Position numbers and translations under genes: made by a program
In this document: piece by piece, positions 45,157-54,124 of the stretch
Layout: each line of letters opens with the position of its first letter
Numbering within the stretch: the first letter of the stretch is position 1
Assembly: GCA_040878325.1 (NCBI GenBank)
Contig: JBBDMM010000014.1
Location: 1 to 56,747, forward strand
Origin: Acidimicrobiia bacterium
GTDB lineage: Bacteria > Actinomycetota > Acidimicrobiia > Spongiisociales > UBA11373
Length of the DNA stretch: 56,747 nt
Reading direction: 5' to 3'
The notes under the pieces: generated by a model
Told to the model about the DNA's origin: nothing
Databases searched by the model: none
The model's input: the letters and a program-made list of their open reading frames with translations, nothing else

Positions 45157-46211
45157 TCGCCCCGGACCTCCGACCGTTCGCCGAGCATCATTTCGCAATA
45201 GCCCGACGGGCCTGAGCCCAGCAAGCGGCTGTCTCGACCGACGACGCTGTTTCGCAGCCGCCAGTCGTGAATCTGCACGCCGGGGAACACGATCGACTCC
45301 TCCACCACGGCATCAGTCAGGATCGAGTCCATTCCGATCGAGGTACTCGGGCCTACCGACACCCCTTCGAGCACGGCATCCCGCCCGATCACCACCGGTC
45401 CCCGCACCGTGCAGCCCACCAACTGCGCCCCTTCATCGACGTGGATCGGCCCTTCGATGGTGCAGTCGACGACTCGCCCCCGAATGTCGTCCTCGAGCTC
45501 CTCGAGGACGAGCTCGTTGGCGTGGAGGAGGTCCTCCTTCTTGCCCGTGTCCTTCCACCACCCGGTGACCAGGCTGGGCCGTACGGTCCGCCCGGAATCG
45601 ACCATGTACTGGATGGCATCGGTGATCTCGAACTCGCCGCGCGCCGATGGCTCGATGGCGCCGACCGCCTCAGCGACCGTGGAGTCGAAGAGGTATGCCC
45701 CCACCAGGGCGAGATCGGAGGGCGGATCCTTGGGCTTCTCCACCAGGCGGACCACGGCGCCGGCGCCGTCGAGTTCAACCACGCCGAAAGCACCAGGGTC
45801 CTCCACCCGGGCGAGGAGGATCTGGCAGTTGGGGCGCTCGCGGAGGAAGTCGTCGACCACCCCGTTGACGCCATGCTTGAGCAGGTTGTCCCCCAGGTAC
45901 ATGAGCACGTCGTCGCCGTCGACCCACGGCAGAGCCGTCTTGAGGGCGTGGGCCAGCCCCCGCGGCTGGTCCTGAACGATGTATGTCACCTCGAGGCCGA
46001 AGGCGGCTCCGTCCCCCACCGCCTGCCGAATCTCCCCGGCGGTGTCCGGGGCGACGATGAGCCCCACCTCCCGGATGCCGGCCGAAGCAAGGTCCTCGAG
46101 GCCATAGAACAGGATCGGCTTGTTGCCGACCGGCACCAACTGTTTCGCAATGGAGTAGGTGATCGGTCGGAGGCGGCTGCCGGTTCCACCACACAGAACG
46201 ACGCCTTTCAT
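45153..46211 (-). CDS. rmlA: Glucose-1-phosphate thymidylyltransferase (long form)
   Basis: GGTGSRLRPIT..KQLVPVGNKP, GLAHA, YLGDN, VEKP, SARGEFEITD, WWKDTG. Confidence 0.95.
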   Translation of the reverse strand: MKGVVLCGGTGSRLRPITYSIAKQLVPVGNKPILFYGLEDLASAGIREVGLIVAPDTAGEIRQAVGDGAAFGLEVTYIVQDQPRGLAHALKTALPWVDGDDVLMYLGDNLLKHGVNGVVDDFLRERPNCQILLARVEDPGAFGVVELDGAGAVVRLVEKPKDPPSDLALVGAYLFDSTVAEAVGAIEPSARGEFEITDAIQYMVDSGRTVRPSLVTGWWKDTGKKEDLLHANELVLEELEDDIRGRVVDCTIEGPIHVDEGAQLVGCTVRGPVVIGRDAVLEGVSVGPSTSIGMDSILTDAVVEESIVFPGVQIHDWRLRNSVVGRDSRLLGSGPSGYCEMMLGERSEVRGE

Positions 46212-47179
46212 GATGGTTGCGCCTTCAACGGCCTCCACCAGTCCTGCCGCTGCCGATACCACTCCACCGTGTCAGCGAGCCTTTCCTCGAGGGTATGGCG
46301 CGGGGCCCACCCCAGCGCTCTCATCTTGGACGAGTCGACGGCGTACCTCCGATCGTGGCCGGGGCGGTCGGTGACGAATTCGATCGCCGATTCGTCGGCC
46401 CCCATCAGTTCGAGCAGGGAGCGGGTGAGGTCGATGTTGGTGATCTGGGCGTTGGCGCCGATGTTGTAGATCTCGCCGGGGACACCCGCCTCCACAAGCA
46501 GGTGGATGGCCGCACAATGATCGTCGACGTGAAGCCAGTCGCGCTCGTTGCCCCCGTCGCCGTAGAGCGGCACCTTCCCGCCGTCGATCAGGTTGGTGAC
46601 GAACAGGGGGATGACCTTCTCGGGTGACTGGTACGGGCCGTAGTTGTTGGTGCACCGGGTGACGATCGGTTGGTAGCCATAGGTGACCCCGTACGACGAC
46701 ACCAGGAGGTCGGCCGCGGCCTTCGACGCCGAATAGGGGGAGGAAGGCACCAGCGGAGCGGCCTCGGAGGCGAAGCCGCTCTCGAGGGAGCCGTAGACCT
46801 CGTCGGTCGAAATCTGGATGAAGGTCGGCACCCCGTGGCGGCGGGCGGCGTCGATCACCATGCCGGTTCCCACCACGTTGGTCTCGAGAAACACCACAGG
46901 ACCGGTGATCGAGCGATCGACATGGCTCTCGGCGGCAAAGTTGACCACCACATCGTGCCCGGGGACGACGGTCTCGACGAGTTCCGGATCGCGAATGTCG
47001 CCATGAACGAAAGTGTGGCCCTCGAGCCCGTTCAACTCGTCGATGGTCGCTTCGACGCCGGCATAGGTGAGGGCATCAAGATTCGTGATCTGGGCACCCG
47101 CCTCATTCTCGAGAACATGACGAATGAAGTTCGAGCCGATGAAGCCCGCTCCGCCGGTGACCAGATATCTACGTGTCAT
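46208..47179 (-). CDS. rmlB: dTDP-glucose 4,6-dehydratase
   Basis: TGGAGFIGSNF, AAESHVDRSI, STDEVYG, YSASK, RPGHDRRY. Confidence 0.97.
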   Translation of the reverse strand: MTRRYLVTGGAGFIGSNFIRHVLENEAGAQITNLDALTYAGVEATIDELNGLEGHTFVHGDIRDPELVETVVPGHDVVVNFAAESHVDRSITGPVVFLETNVVGTGMVIDAARRHGVPTFIQISTDEVYGSLESGFASEAAPLVPSSPYSASKAAADLLVSSYGVTYGYQPIVTRCTNNYGPYQSPEKVIPLFVTNLIDGGKVPLYGDGGNERDWLHVDDHCAAIHLLVEAGVPGEIYNIGANAQITNIDLTRSLLELMGADESAIEFVTDRPGHDRRYAVDSSKMRALGWAPRHTLEERLADTVEWYRQRQDWWRPLKAQPS

Positions 47180-47192
47180 GCCGGTGCCTTCA

Positions 47193-47744
47193 TCAGTCGA
47201 ACAACGCGGCTTCGGCGAGGGTTGCGCCCCCGGCATCTCGCTCCGAGACCGTCGGCTGCCGTCCGTCCAGAGGCCAGTCGATGGCCATCTCGGGGTCGTC
47301 CCATCGCAGGCAGCGGTCGACGTCGGGAGCGTAATGAGCCGATGACTTGTAGAGCACATCCGCCACTTCGCTGAGGGTGAGGAAGCCGTGGCCGAATCCG
47401 AGAGGAATCCACAACTGCAGCGCATTGTCCTCGGTCAGCTCGACCCCCACCCATTTCTTGAAGGTGGGTGAGCTCCGCCGCAGGTCGACGGCCAGATCCC
47501 ACACCGAGCCCCGCGTCACCCGGACCAGCTTCCCCTGGGCATGTGGCGGCAACTGATAGTGAACGCCTCGCAGCACGCCCGAGAAGGATCGCGAGTGGTT
47601 GTCCTGCACGAACTCGACGTCTTCCCCCACGACCTCCGCAAAGGTCCGCCGATTCCAACTCTCCATGAAGAAGCCACGGTCGTCACGGAAGACGTCGGGG
47701 TCGAGCAAGACAGGTCCGCGGAGTCCAAGGTCGATCTTCTTCAT
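47193..47744 (-). CDS. rmlC: dTDP-4-dehydrorhamnose 3,5-epimerase
   Basis: DDRGFFME, QDNHSRS, LRGVHYQ, QGKLVR, VDLRRSSPTF, GFGHGF. Confidence 0.97.
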   Translation of the reverse strand: MKKIDLGLRGPVLLDPDVFRDDRGFFMESWNRRTFAEVVGEDVEFVQDNHSRSFSGVLRGVHYQLPPHAQGKLVRVTRGSVWDLAVDLRRSSPTFKKWVGVELTEDNALQLWIPLGFGHGFLTLSEVADVLYKSSAHYAPDVDRCLRWDDPEMAIDWPLDGRQPTVSERDAGGATLAEAALFD

Positions 47745-47887
47745 GGTCGCCCAGCGACGATAGTGGCAGCCCGCCTCCCGCCTCCCTCCTCCCGCCTCCC
47801 GGCAGCCTTCATGACATCGTTCCGTCCCTGCCTTCAAGACATCGTTCCGCGGGCGCCGCGGTACGGCGAATCGCCAGTCGCCTCCGG

Positions 47888-48631
47888 TCAGGCGGGGGTC
47901 GGGCGGTAGGAGCGCGCGGGATCGATCCGAGCCAACTCGATGCCGGTTTCATCCGTCAGGTAGTCGTATCCGATTGCCTGCATCTTGTGGTCGGGGTCGA
48001 GGCGGTTGTACCGGTCCCGGCGAGCGATCCGATCTTCGGGGTGCAGCATGCGCAGGTGGTAGATGATGAGATCAGCCGACGGGAAGCTCCCGTCGGCCAG
48101 GCGACCGTTTAGCGGTGCCCAATGACCGTGCAGCCTCTGCTCGTGGAACTCGTGGTCGTCGCGGGATGCGAACATGCGGGCTTGCTGCTTCCGTCCCCAG
48201 ATGCCGTCGATGCGGATCGTCGTTGGGGAGCCCCACACCTCGCGAAACCATACGTAGTATGCGGAATACCCCTCGCGCCGCGCCCGATTGATCTCGGACT
48301 CGGCACGCGCCCTGAATCCGTGCTCCAGGCGCTCGTCAGCGTCCAGGCCCAGGAGCCAGTCGGGCCGATGACGTCGGGCCGCCTCCACGAGGAGACGGTG
48401 GTTACGGGCGTCGTCCCAGTGGTGCGGCTCCCGCACCGGCTGCCGGATCAGCTCGAGGACCTCGGGCCGGCCCATCACGTATTCCGCGGACCCGTCGGTG
48501 GATCCGTCATCCAGTGCCACGACCCCGTCCAATTCGGCAGCCACATTGACGAAGTAACCGGGCAGGAAGCGCATCTCGTCGCGGAAGGCGAGCAGCGACA
48601 ACAAGCGGGCGGGTCGACGGCGCGTCAACAC
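47888..48631 (-). CDS. GT2 family glycosyltransferase
   Basis: FRDEMRFL, LDDGSTDGS, WLLGLDADE. Confidence 0.85.
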   Translation of the reverse strand: MLTRRRPARLLSLLAFRDEMRFLPGYFVNVAAELDGVVALDDGSTDGSAEYVMGRPEVLELIRQPVREPHHWDDARNHRLLVEAARRHRPDWLLGLDADERLEHGFRARAESEINRARREGYSAYYVWFREVWGSPTTIRIDGIWGRKQQARMFASRDDHEFHEQRLHGHWAPLNGRLADGSFPSADLIIYHLRMLHPEDRIARRDRYNRLDPDHKMQAIGYDYLTDETGIELARIDPARSYRPTPA

Positions 48632-48699
48632 TCGTGGAAGATGAAACCGTGGAATGAGGCTCCCCCGCTCTCGAACTCAGCAGAGTCTATGGTCCACCC

Positions 48700-50019
48700 G
48701 TGCGAATCCTGCTCACCAACCATCAGCTCGATGTCAGGGGAGGCTCGGAACTGTATCTGCGGGACGTCGCCGCGGCGCTCAGGCGGCGGGGTCATCACCC
48801 CATGGCCTACTCCCCGTTCCTCGGACGGGCCGCCGAAGATGTGCGGGAATGTGGAGTACCGGTGGTCCGGGACCTGTCACTGCTCGACGATCCCCCGGAT
48901 CTTATCCACGGTCAGCACCACCTCCCGACGGTCGAAGCCCTGCTGCACCTTCCGGGAGTCCCGGCGGTTTTCTTCTGCCACGGGTGGCTGCCGTGGCAGG
49001 AGATGCCACCTCGCTTCTCTCGCATCGTGCGCTATGTCGCCGTCGATGCGTTACGCCGCGATCGCCTGGTCACCGAAGAGGGCATCCCCCCTGAAATGGT
49101 CGAGGTGGTCCCGAACTTCGTCGATTTAGCGCGGTTCCGTCCGCGTCCGCAGCCGCTTCCCGGGCGGGCGAAACGCGCCCTGGTGTTCGGCAACAATGCG
49201 GTACCGGGTGAAGGCTTTCATCATCTCGCGGTGATCGCGTGTGAGGAGCGCGGCATCGAGGTCGAGAGCCTTGGGGTCCAGACCGGGCGATTCCTCGATC
49301 GGCCCGAGGACGTCCTGGCGGATTACGACATCGTGTTCGCCCGGGGCCGGGCCGCCATGGAGGCCATGGCGGTCGGGTGCGCCGTGGTCATGTGCGACGC
49401 GGAGGGTTTGGGACCGATGGTGACCCGTGCCACGGTCGAGGGACTTGCCGCCGCCAACTTCGGCATGGCTGCGTTGGATGATGCGCCCCGGATCGATCTG
49501 ATTCGAGACCGCCTGGACCAATACGACCCTGTCGATGCCGCTGCAGTGCAGGCCTGGATCAGAGAACATGCTGGCATCGAGGCAGCGGTCGATCGCATCG
49601 AGAAGGTGTATGCGGACGTGATTGCCGGCTGGTCCGGACAAGCCGGCGTCGCCGCTGCCTCCGAGGCAGCCGAGCTGGCAGCGTATCTGCACCGGCTGCA
49701 CACCCTGGTGATTCCCCAGGCGATGCGGGAGGCCCAGGGGTACACCGAGCTCGACATCGGACGACGCGTTTCGGCGGCCCGAGCCGAGATCGGGGTGCTC
49801 CGCGAGCGGCTGGATGCCGCCCTCGAGGCGTCGACCGCATCCGTTTCCCTCGCCCGGGAGTTGACCGTCCAGGTGGAGTCACTCCAGGCCGACCTGGAGC
49901 TGCTGCGCTCCTCGCGCGCTGTGCGACTACAAACCTGGTTGAGGGCTCACCCCATCTTGGCCCGCTCGTATCGGCTGCTGGTTGGGGGGAGACTGCCGGA
50001 GCGCGATCGGGAGCTGTAG
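48700..50019 (+). CDS. GT4-like glycosyltransferase with a C-terminal coiled coil
   Basis: MRILLTNH, GGSELY, PDLIHGQH, VVPNFVDL, GRAAMEAMAVG; TATGGT 6 nt before the GTG. Confidence 0.85.
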   Translation: MRILLTNHQLDVRGGSELYLRDVAAALRRRGHHPMAYSPFLGRAAEDVRECGVPVVRDLSLLDDPPDLIHGQHHLPTVEALLHLPGVPAVFFCHGWLPWQEMPPRFSRIVRYVAVDALRRDRLVTEEGIPPEMVEVVPNFVDLARFRPRPQPLPGRAKRALVFGNNAVPGEGFHHLAVIACEERGIEVESLGVQTGRFLDRPEDVLADYDIVFARGRAAMEAMAVGCAVVMCDAEGLGPMVTRATVEGLAAANFGMAALDDAPRIDLIRDRLDQYDPVDAAAVQAWIREHAGIEAAVDRIEKVYADVIAGWSGQAGVAAASEAAELAAYLHRLHTLVIPQAMREAQGYTELDIGRRVSAARAEIGVLRERLDAALEASTASVSLARELTVQVESLQADLELLRSSRAVRLQTWLRAHPILARSYRLLVGGRLPERDREL

Positions 50020-50053
50020 CCCGTGCCACGCGGGCAGCGGCTGTGGGTCGGGC

Positions 50054-50908
50054 TCAGGCCTTTCCACGCCCGATCGCCGCTCCCAAGGCGTAAGCGAATG
50101 CACCCAACGGCACCAGGGGGGTGGCCAGGGCGATCCAGCGACGCTCGCCGGGGAGCGCCGCCGCCCACGCAACCCTGATCAGCGAGGGGAAGCGGCGGAG
50201 CGCGTTGCGGGCCACCGTGCGGCTCACCTCGAATTGACCCAGGTCCCGCCACGTCCGAACGCTGCGGGAACCACGGCGGTACTGATCGGCAAGGAGGGAG
50301 AAGATGCCCCTCGGGTTGCGATGGGCGGTCCGAACCCTGGGCTCCCACACCGGTTGGTACCTGCCTGATAGGCGCTCCTTGATGTCGGTGTCCTCCCCAG
50401 CTCGCAGGTTGGACCGGATGCCGCCGACTGCCTCCAGCACTTCCCGCTTGAACGAGAAACCGTAGAGCAGCGCCTGCGCCGGAGGGATCCCGGGCATGCG
50501 TGTCGACCACAGCAACACGTGTGCCGCCCAGGAGAACACGTTCTTTGGATAGGCGTTGGTGACCGCAGCGGCCACGACTGGCGCACCCGATCTGTGCCCT
50601 TCGACGCGCGCCGCCAGCCAACCGGCCTCTGCGATACAGTCCGCCGCAAGGAACGACACCAAAGGGGCGCTAGTGGCGGCGATCCCCAGGTTGACGGCAC
50701 CGCCGAAGAACAGTCTCTCGGGATGGTCGATGACCGGAACTTCGATGCCGGCTGCGGCGAGGGCGGCGGCCGGCTCCCCGCCCCCGGAATTGACCACAAC
50801 CACCTCGACGGGGACGTCCTGGACGAGGATGGATCGGACGGCGGCCACCATGTCCCGTTGGCTCCGGTAGCTGACCACGATGCAGGCGATCTCGGGAGAC
50901 TGCTTCAA
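50054..50908 (-). CDS. GT2 family glycosyltransferase
   Basis: CIVVSY, VVVVNSG, FLAADC, GEDT. TACGCT 7 nt before TTG 50908; the ORF-track N-terminal extension runs through repeats. Confidence 0.8.
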   Translation of the reverse strand: MKQSPEIACIVVSYRSQRDMVAAVRSILVQDVPVEVVVVNSGGGEPAAALAAAGIEVPVIDHPERLFFGGAVNLGIAATSAPLVSFLAADCIAEAGWLAARVEGHRSGAPVVAAAVTNAYPKNVFSWAAHVLLWSTRMPGIPPAQALLYGFSFKREVLEAVGGIRSNLRAGEDTDIKERLSGRYQPVWEPRVRTAHRNPRGIFSLLADQYRRGSRSVRTWRDLGQFEVSRTVARNALRRFPSLIRVAWAAALPGERRWIALATPLVPLGAFAYALGAAIGRGKA

Positions 50909-50952
50909 CGTCGCAAGCGTAACGATCCGGCCCACCGATGCAGGAAGCCTGC

Positions 50953-51066
50953 CCGCCTCCCGCCTCCCGCTTCCCGCTTCCCGCGCCGCCGTCTTCGGCA
51001 GTGGCGGAGGGGGCAGGAGGCAGGGAAGAAGCGCCTCCCCCGCCGAAGACGGCAGGGGGAGGACGC
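50953..51066. repeat. (CCGCYTC)x4 heptamer tract plus two repeat-family hairpins downstream of the DUF559 gene
   Basis: Heptamers at 50953-50980; GCCGCCGTCTTCGGCAGTGGCGGAGGGGGCAG at 50985-51016; AGAAGCGCCTCCCCCGCCGAAGACGGCAGGGGGAGGACGC at 51027-51066. Confidence 0.85.
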
Positions 51067-51087
51067 TCACATGGCCCAGTTCCCTTC

Positions 51088-51519
51088 CTAGCTCCGTCCG
51101 AACTCGCCGGCTTCGGTCGCCGCACGGATCTTGCGTTCGAAGACTTCGTCGCCGGGCTGAAGCGACTCGACGATCGGGTGGCCGTTGAGGACCCGAGTGA
51201 TCTCCGCAACGACGGCAGGGCTGAACTCGAGGACATGCCAGGCCCAGAACCGCAGGACCCGGTAACCGTGGCGATTCAAGTACTCATCTCGCTCGGCATC
51301 GGTCTCAGATCGATAGTGCTGTGAGCCATCCACCTCGACGCCGAGTCTCTCCTTGAGACACACGAAGTCAACGATGTATCGGCCAATCACATGCTGCCGC
51401 CGGAACCGATACCCCAGCGCACCTTTCCGGAGTTCCATCCAGAGTCGGACCTCCCCCAGCGGCATCCGGCCCCGGTTGTGGCTCGCGAACGGCTTCAGTG
51501 GTCTCAGTTCATCTCGCAT
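51088..51519 (-). CDS. DUF559 / Vsr-like endonuclease-domain protein
   Basis: EVRLWMELR, FRRQHVIGRYIVDFVC, VEVDGSQH, DAERDEYL, GYRVLRF are hallmark DUF559 motifs; alternative start at 51537. Confidence 0.92.
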   Translation of the reverse strand: MRDELRPLKPFASHNRGRMPLGEVRLWMELRKGALGYRFRRQHVIGRYIVDFVCLKERLGVEVDGSQHYRSETDAERDEYLNRHGYRVLRFWAWHVLEFSPAVVAEITRVLNGHPIVESLQPGDEVFERKIRAATEAGEFGRS

Positions 51520-51594
51520 CGCCGAATCATGAGCCATCAGTAGGACGCAAAGTCCGGTTGAAGCCAGAAGACGGGCCCAGTCCCGCTCACGGTG

Positions 51595-51831
51595 GCATCC
51601 TCCCTCGTCTTCGACGGGGGAGGTGGGGAACCCTCCGGGTTCCTGAGGAGGGGGCAGCCCAGCGAACGAAGTGAGCCGACAGCGAGCACCCTGACCACGG
51701 TGCCTCTGGAGGACGGTTGACGGGCCGCCCGTCAACCGAAGACGGCCTGACGGGTCCAGTCCTGCTCGCAGGGTCGGCTGCCCCCCTCGCCCCTTCGGGG
51801 CACTCCCCCCGGAAATACCGGGGGGAGACGC
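51595..51831. repeat. Complete inverted doublet of the palindromic repeat family, upstream of the DUF559 gene
   Basis: Forward unit 51595-51658, central palindrome 51714-51738, reverse unit 51777-51831; colinear with 31367-31614. Confidence 0.9.
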
Positions 51832-51869
51832 AAGGAAATCAACGGAGGACCCTCACAGGACCAACCTCT

Positions 51870-52838
51870 CTACCGAGCCTCGCCGTGACCAGGACCCGGC
51901 ACCTCCTCGATGTCCTCTCGGCGCCCTGTTCGACCGGTGGTGCCGTCGTCGATCGCCATCTGTACCAGGCGCTCGTATACCGGGAGCCAGTCGTAGGCTC
52001 TTTTGGCGACGCGGCGCCGCCATGACTCGATGAATCGCTGCTGGTCCTCGACGATCCGCGCCGCGGTCCACCCGGTGTATCTGGTGCCGAAGACGATCCG
52101 ATTGCGGATGAAGTAATAGACGAAATAGGGCTGCGGCAGGGCGCCTGAGGAGCGTTTGAAGTGGCGGACCCGGGAGCGCGGCTCGTGCATCGCCCACCAC
52201 CCGGCCAGCCGGGCGCGCACGCTGAAGTCGGTCTCCTCGAAATAGAGGAAGTAGTCCTCGGGCAGCAGTCCGGCGTCGGCAAACACCTCGGACCTCACCA
52301 GCATCGCCGCCCCGGTGACGTAGTCGACGACGGACGGGCCGAGCGCGGGTACTTCCGAATCGCGCTTTCCCATGGCGAGGTGGCGGGTCGCTCCCCCCCT
52401 CCCCCACACGATCTCCCCGCCGTTGAACCAGATCTCCTCGCTGTGGCCGTGGAGCACGCGGGATCCGATGATCCCCGCCCGGGGATGGGAGGCAGCGGCC
52501 GCCAGCAGCAGGCTCAGCGCCTCGGGTTCCACGACGACATCGGCGTTGAGCATCCACACGAAGTCGGCGCCTGCCTGCAATGCCACCGAGATTCCCAGGT
52601 TGTTGCCCCCGGCGTAGCCGAGGTTCTCCCGCGACTCGACGAACGAGACATCTGCCGGCAGCCCCGACCGGAGAACTTCGAGTTGGCGCGAGGGTGACCC
52701 ATTGTCGACCACCACGATGGCGGGCCGCGGGGTCGATTCGAAGAGGCTCGCCACCGCCCGCAGGGCATCCCGCGAATGCCGGTGGTTGAGCACCACCGCG
52801 TAAACCCTGGGGACCGCCCCACCGGACCTGTCGGTCAT
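51870..52838 (-). CDS. GT2 glycosyltransferase (WbbL/RfbF-like)
   Basis: VVVDNGS, ENLGYAGGNNLG, LNAD, YVTGAAMLV, YFLYFEETD. Confidence 0.9.
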   Translation of the reverse strand: MTDRSGGAVPRVYAVVLNHRHSRDALRAVASLFESTPRPAIVVVDNGSPSRQLEVLRSGLPADVSFVESRENLGYAGGNNLGISVALQAGADFVWMLNADVVVEPEALSLLLAAAASHPRAGIIGSRVLHGHSEEIWFNGGEIVWGRGGATRHLAMGKRDSEVPALGPSVVDYVTGAAMLVRSEVFADAGLLPEDYFLYFEETDFSVRARLAGWWAMHEPRSRVRHFKRSSGALPQPYFVYYFIRNRIVFGTRYTGWTAARIVEDQQRFIESWRRRVAKRAYDWLPVYERLVQMAIDDGTTGRTGRREDIEEVPGPGHGEAR

Positions 52839-54124
52839 CGGCGCGCCAGCGTGACGATCTCGCGCGCCTGCTCGGCGAATCGACCGGCGATCCGATGCGG
52901 GTCGTGGCGCTCCAACACCTCGGCCGAAACCTGTCGGGGCACCGCGACACGGTGGCCCACTGCCTCGCGGAGGGCCCGGGCGAGATCCTCGTCGTCGGTG
53001 GCCTCGAACAGCCTCACCAGACCGGAGCGCTCAAAGTCGGCCGACACCGCGGTCCGGGGCACGATGACGGGCACGCCGAACGAGAGCCCGAGCAGCAGCA
53101 CGCCCGAGTTCAAGAATTCCCGGTAGGGAAGCACCACGACGTCGGCAGCCCTGAAGAGGATGGAGACCGCGGCTTCCGGCGGTCCATCCTCGGTCATCGA
53201 AGCTCCCGCCGTCGACGACACGAGCCGTCGCAACCCGGAGTTGTCGTCGGTTGCCAGGGTCCGGCCGGCGATCATCACCCGCACGTCCTGGCCGGTCTCC
53301 CCGCGCAATCTGGGGAGGAGACCCACCAGCCGATCGAAACCCTTGTAGTGCCTGATCGCGCCGAAGCCGAGGAGCATCACCGCGTCGTCGGGAAGGTCGA
53401 GCAGGGCACGGGCCGCGTCGCGGCCGACGAAGTCCTCGTATGCCCCCGTGTAGAGGGGGTGTTCGATCGCGAAAACCTTGGCCGGATCCAGCGGGTACAG
53501 CCCGGCCACCGCTTCCTCCGTCGACTGGTGGAGGACATGGATGCCGTGCGCCAACCCTGCAAGCCGGCGCCGCAGTTCGACCTCGACCTCAGGGAACCGG
53601 CAATCGTGAGGGAGTTCTTCGTGGATCGTCCAGACAAGCACCCCACCGCGGGCCACGAACCGTTCGATCGGCTCGATGAAGCTTTCGGTCTTCGCCCGGG
53701 CCTCGGCAACGGTCTCGGCGCCCACCTGGGCCGACCGTGTCCAGTGGAGGTGGAGCACGGAGGTCGGGGGAAGGTCGTCGACGCGCTCGATACGGTCAAG
53801 CGGCCGCGGGGCGAATCCGAACTCGGGAGCCCGGGCGTAGAGCAGCCGCATGTAGGCGTTCCAGTTGCCGGCCGGGTAATAGGCGAGGTCGTCCAAGGGC
53901 TGGCTCTGGCGGGGCACGAGGTCCTTGAGTTGGCGTGCCCATCGGTCCCCGTCGGAACGCGTCCGCTCTTTCAAGACGGCGATCCTCTGGCGCGCCTTGC
54001 GAAGGTCCCGTGCCGCCTGCGAAGAGTTCCCTCCGCTCCGGCCGCTGCCCGCGTTCCCCGTCCGATAGCGGTTGACCATCCGCTTCACCGGCCCCGGAAC
54101 CATTCGCCGCCATCCCCGGGTCAT
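52835..54124 (-). CDS. GT4-like glycosyltransferase
   Basis: NAYMRLLY, LHLHW, WTIHE, FGAIRHYKG, ADVVVLPY, NSGVLLLGLSFGVPV. Confidence 0.85.
   Translation of the reverse strand: MTRGWRRMVPGPVKRMVNRYRTGNAGSGRSGGNSSQAARDLRKARQRIAVLKERTRSDGDRWARQLKDLVPRQSQPLDDLAYYPAGNWNAYMRLLYARAPEFGFAPRPLDRIERVDDLPPTSVLHLHWTRSAQVGAETVAEARAKTESFIEPIERFVARGGVLVWTIHEELPHDCRFPEVEVELRRRLAGLAHGIHVLHQSTEEAVAGLYPLDPAKVFAIEHPLYTGAYEDFVGRDAARALLDLPDDAVMLLGFGAIRHYKGFDRLVGLLPRLRGETGQDVRVMIAGRTLATDDNSGLRRLVSSTAGASMTEDGPPEAAVSILFRAADVVVLPYREFLNSGVLLLGLSFGVPVIVPRTAVSADFERSGLVRLFEATDDEDLARALREAVGHRVAVPRQVSAEVLERHDPHRIAGRFAEQAREIVTLARR

Noticed and set aside
51520..51735. 72-aa N-terminal extension of the DUF559 protein
   Set aside because: It is mostly a translation of the palindromic repeat; similar pseudo-peptides appear in ORFs over 31034-31501.
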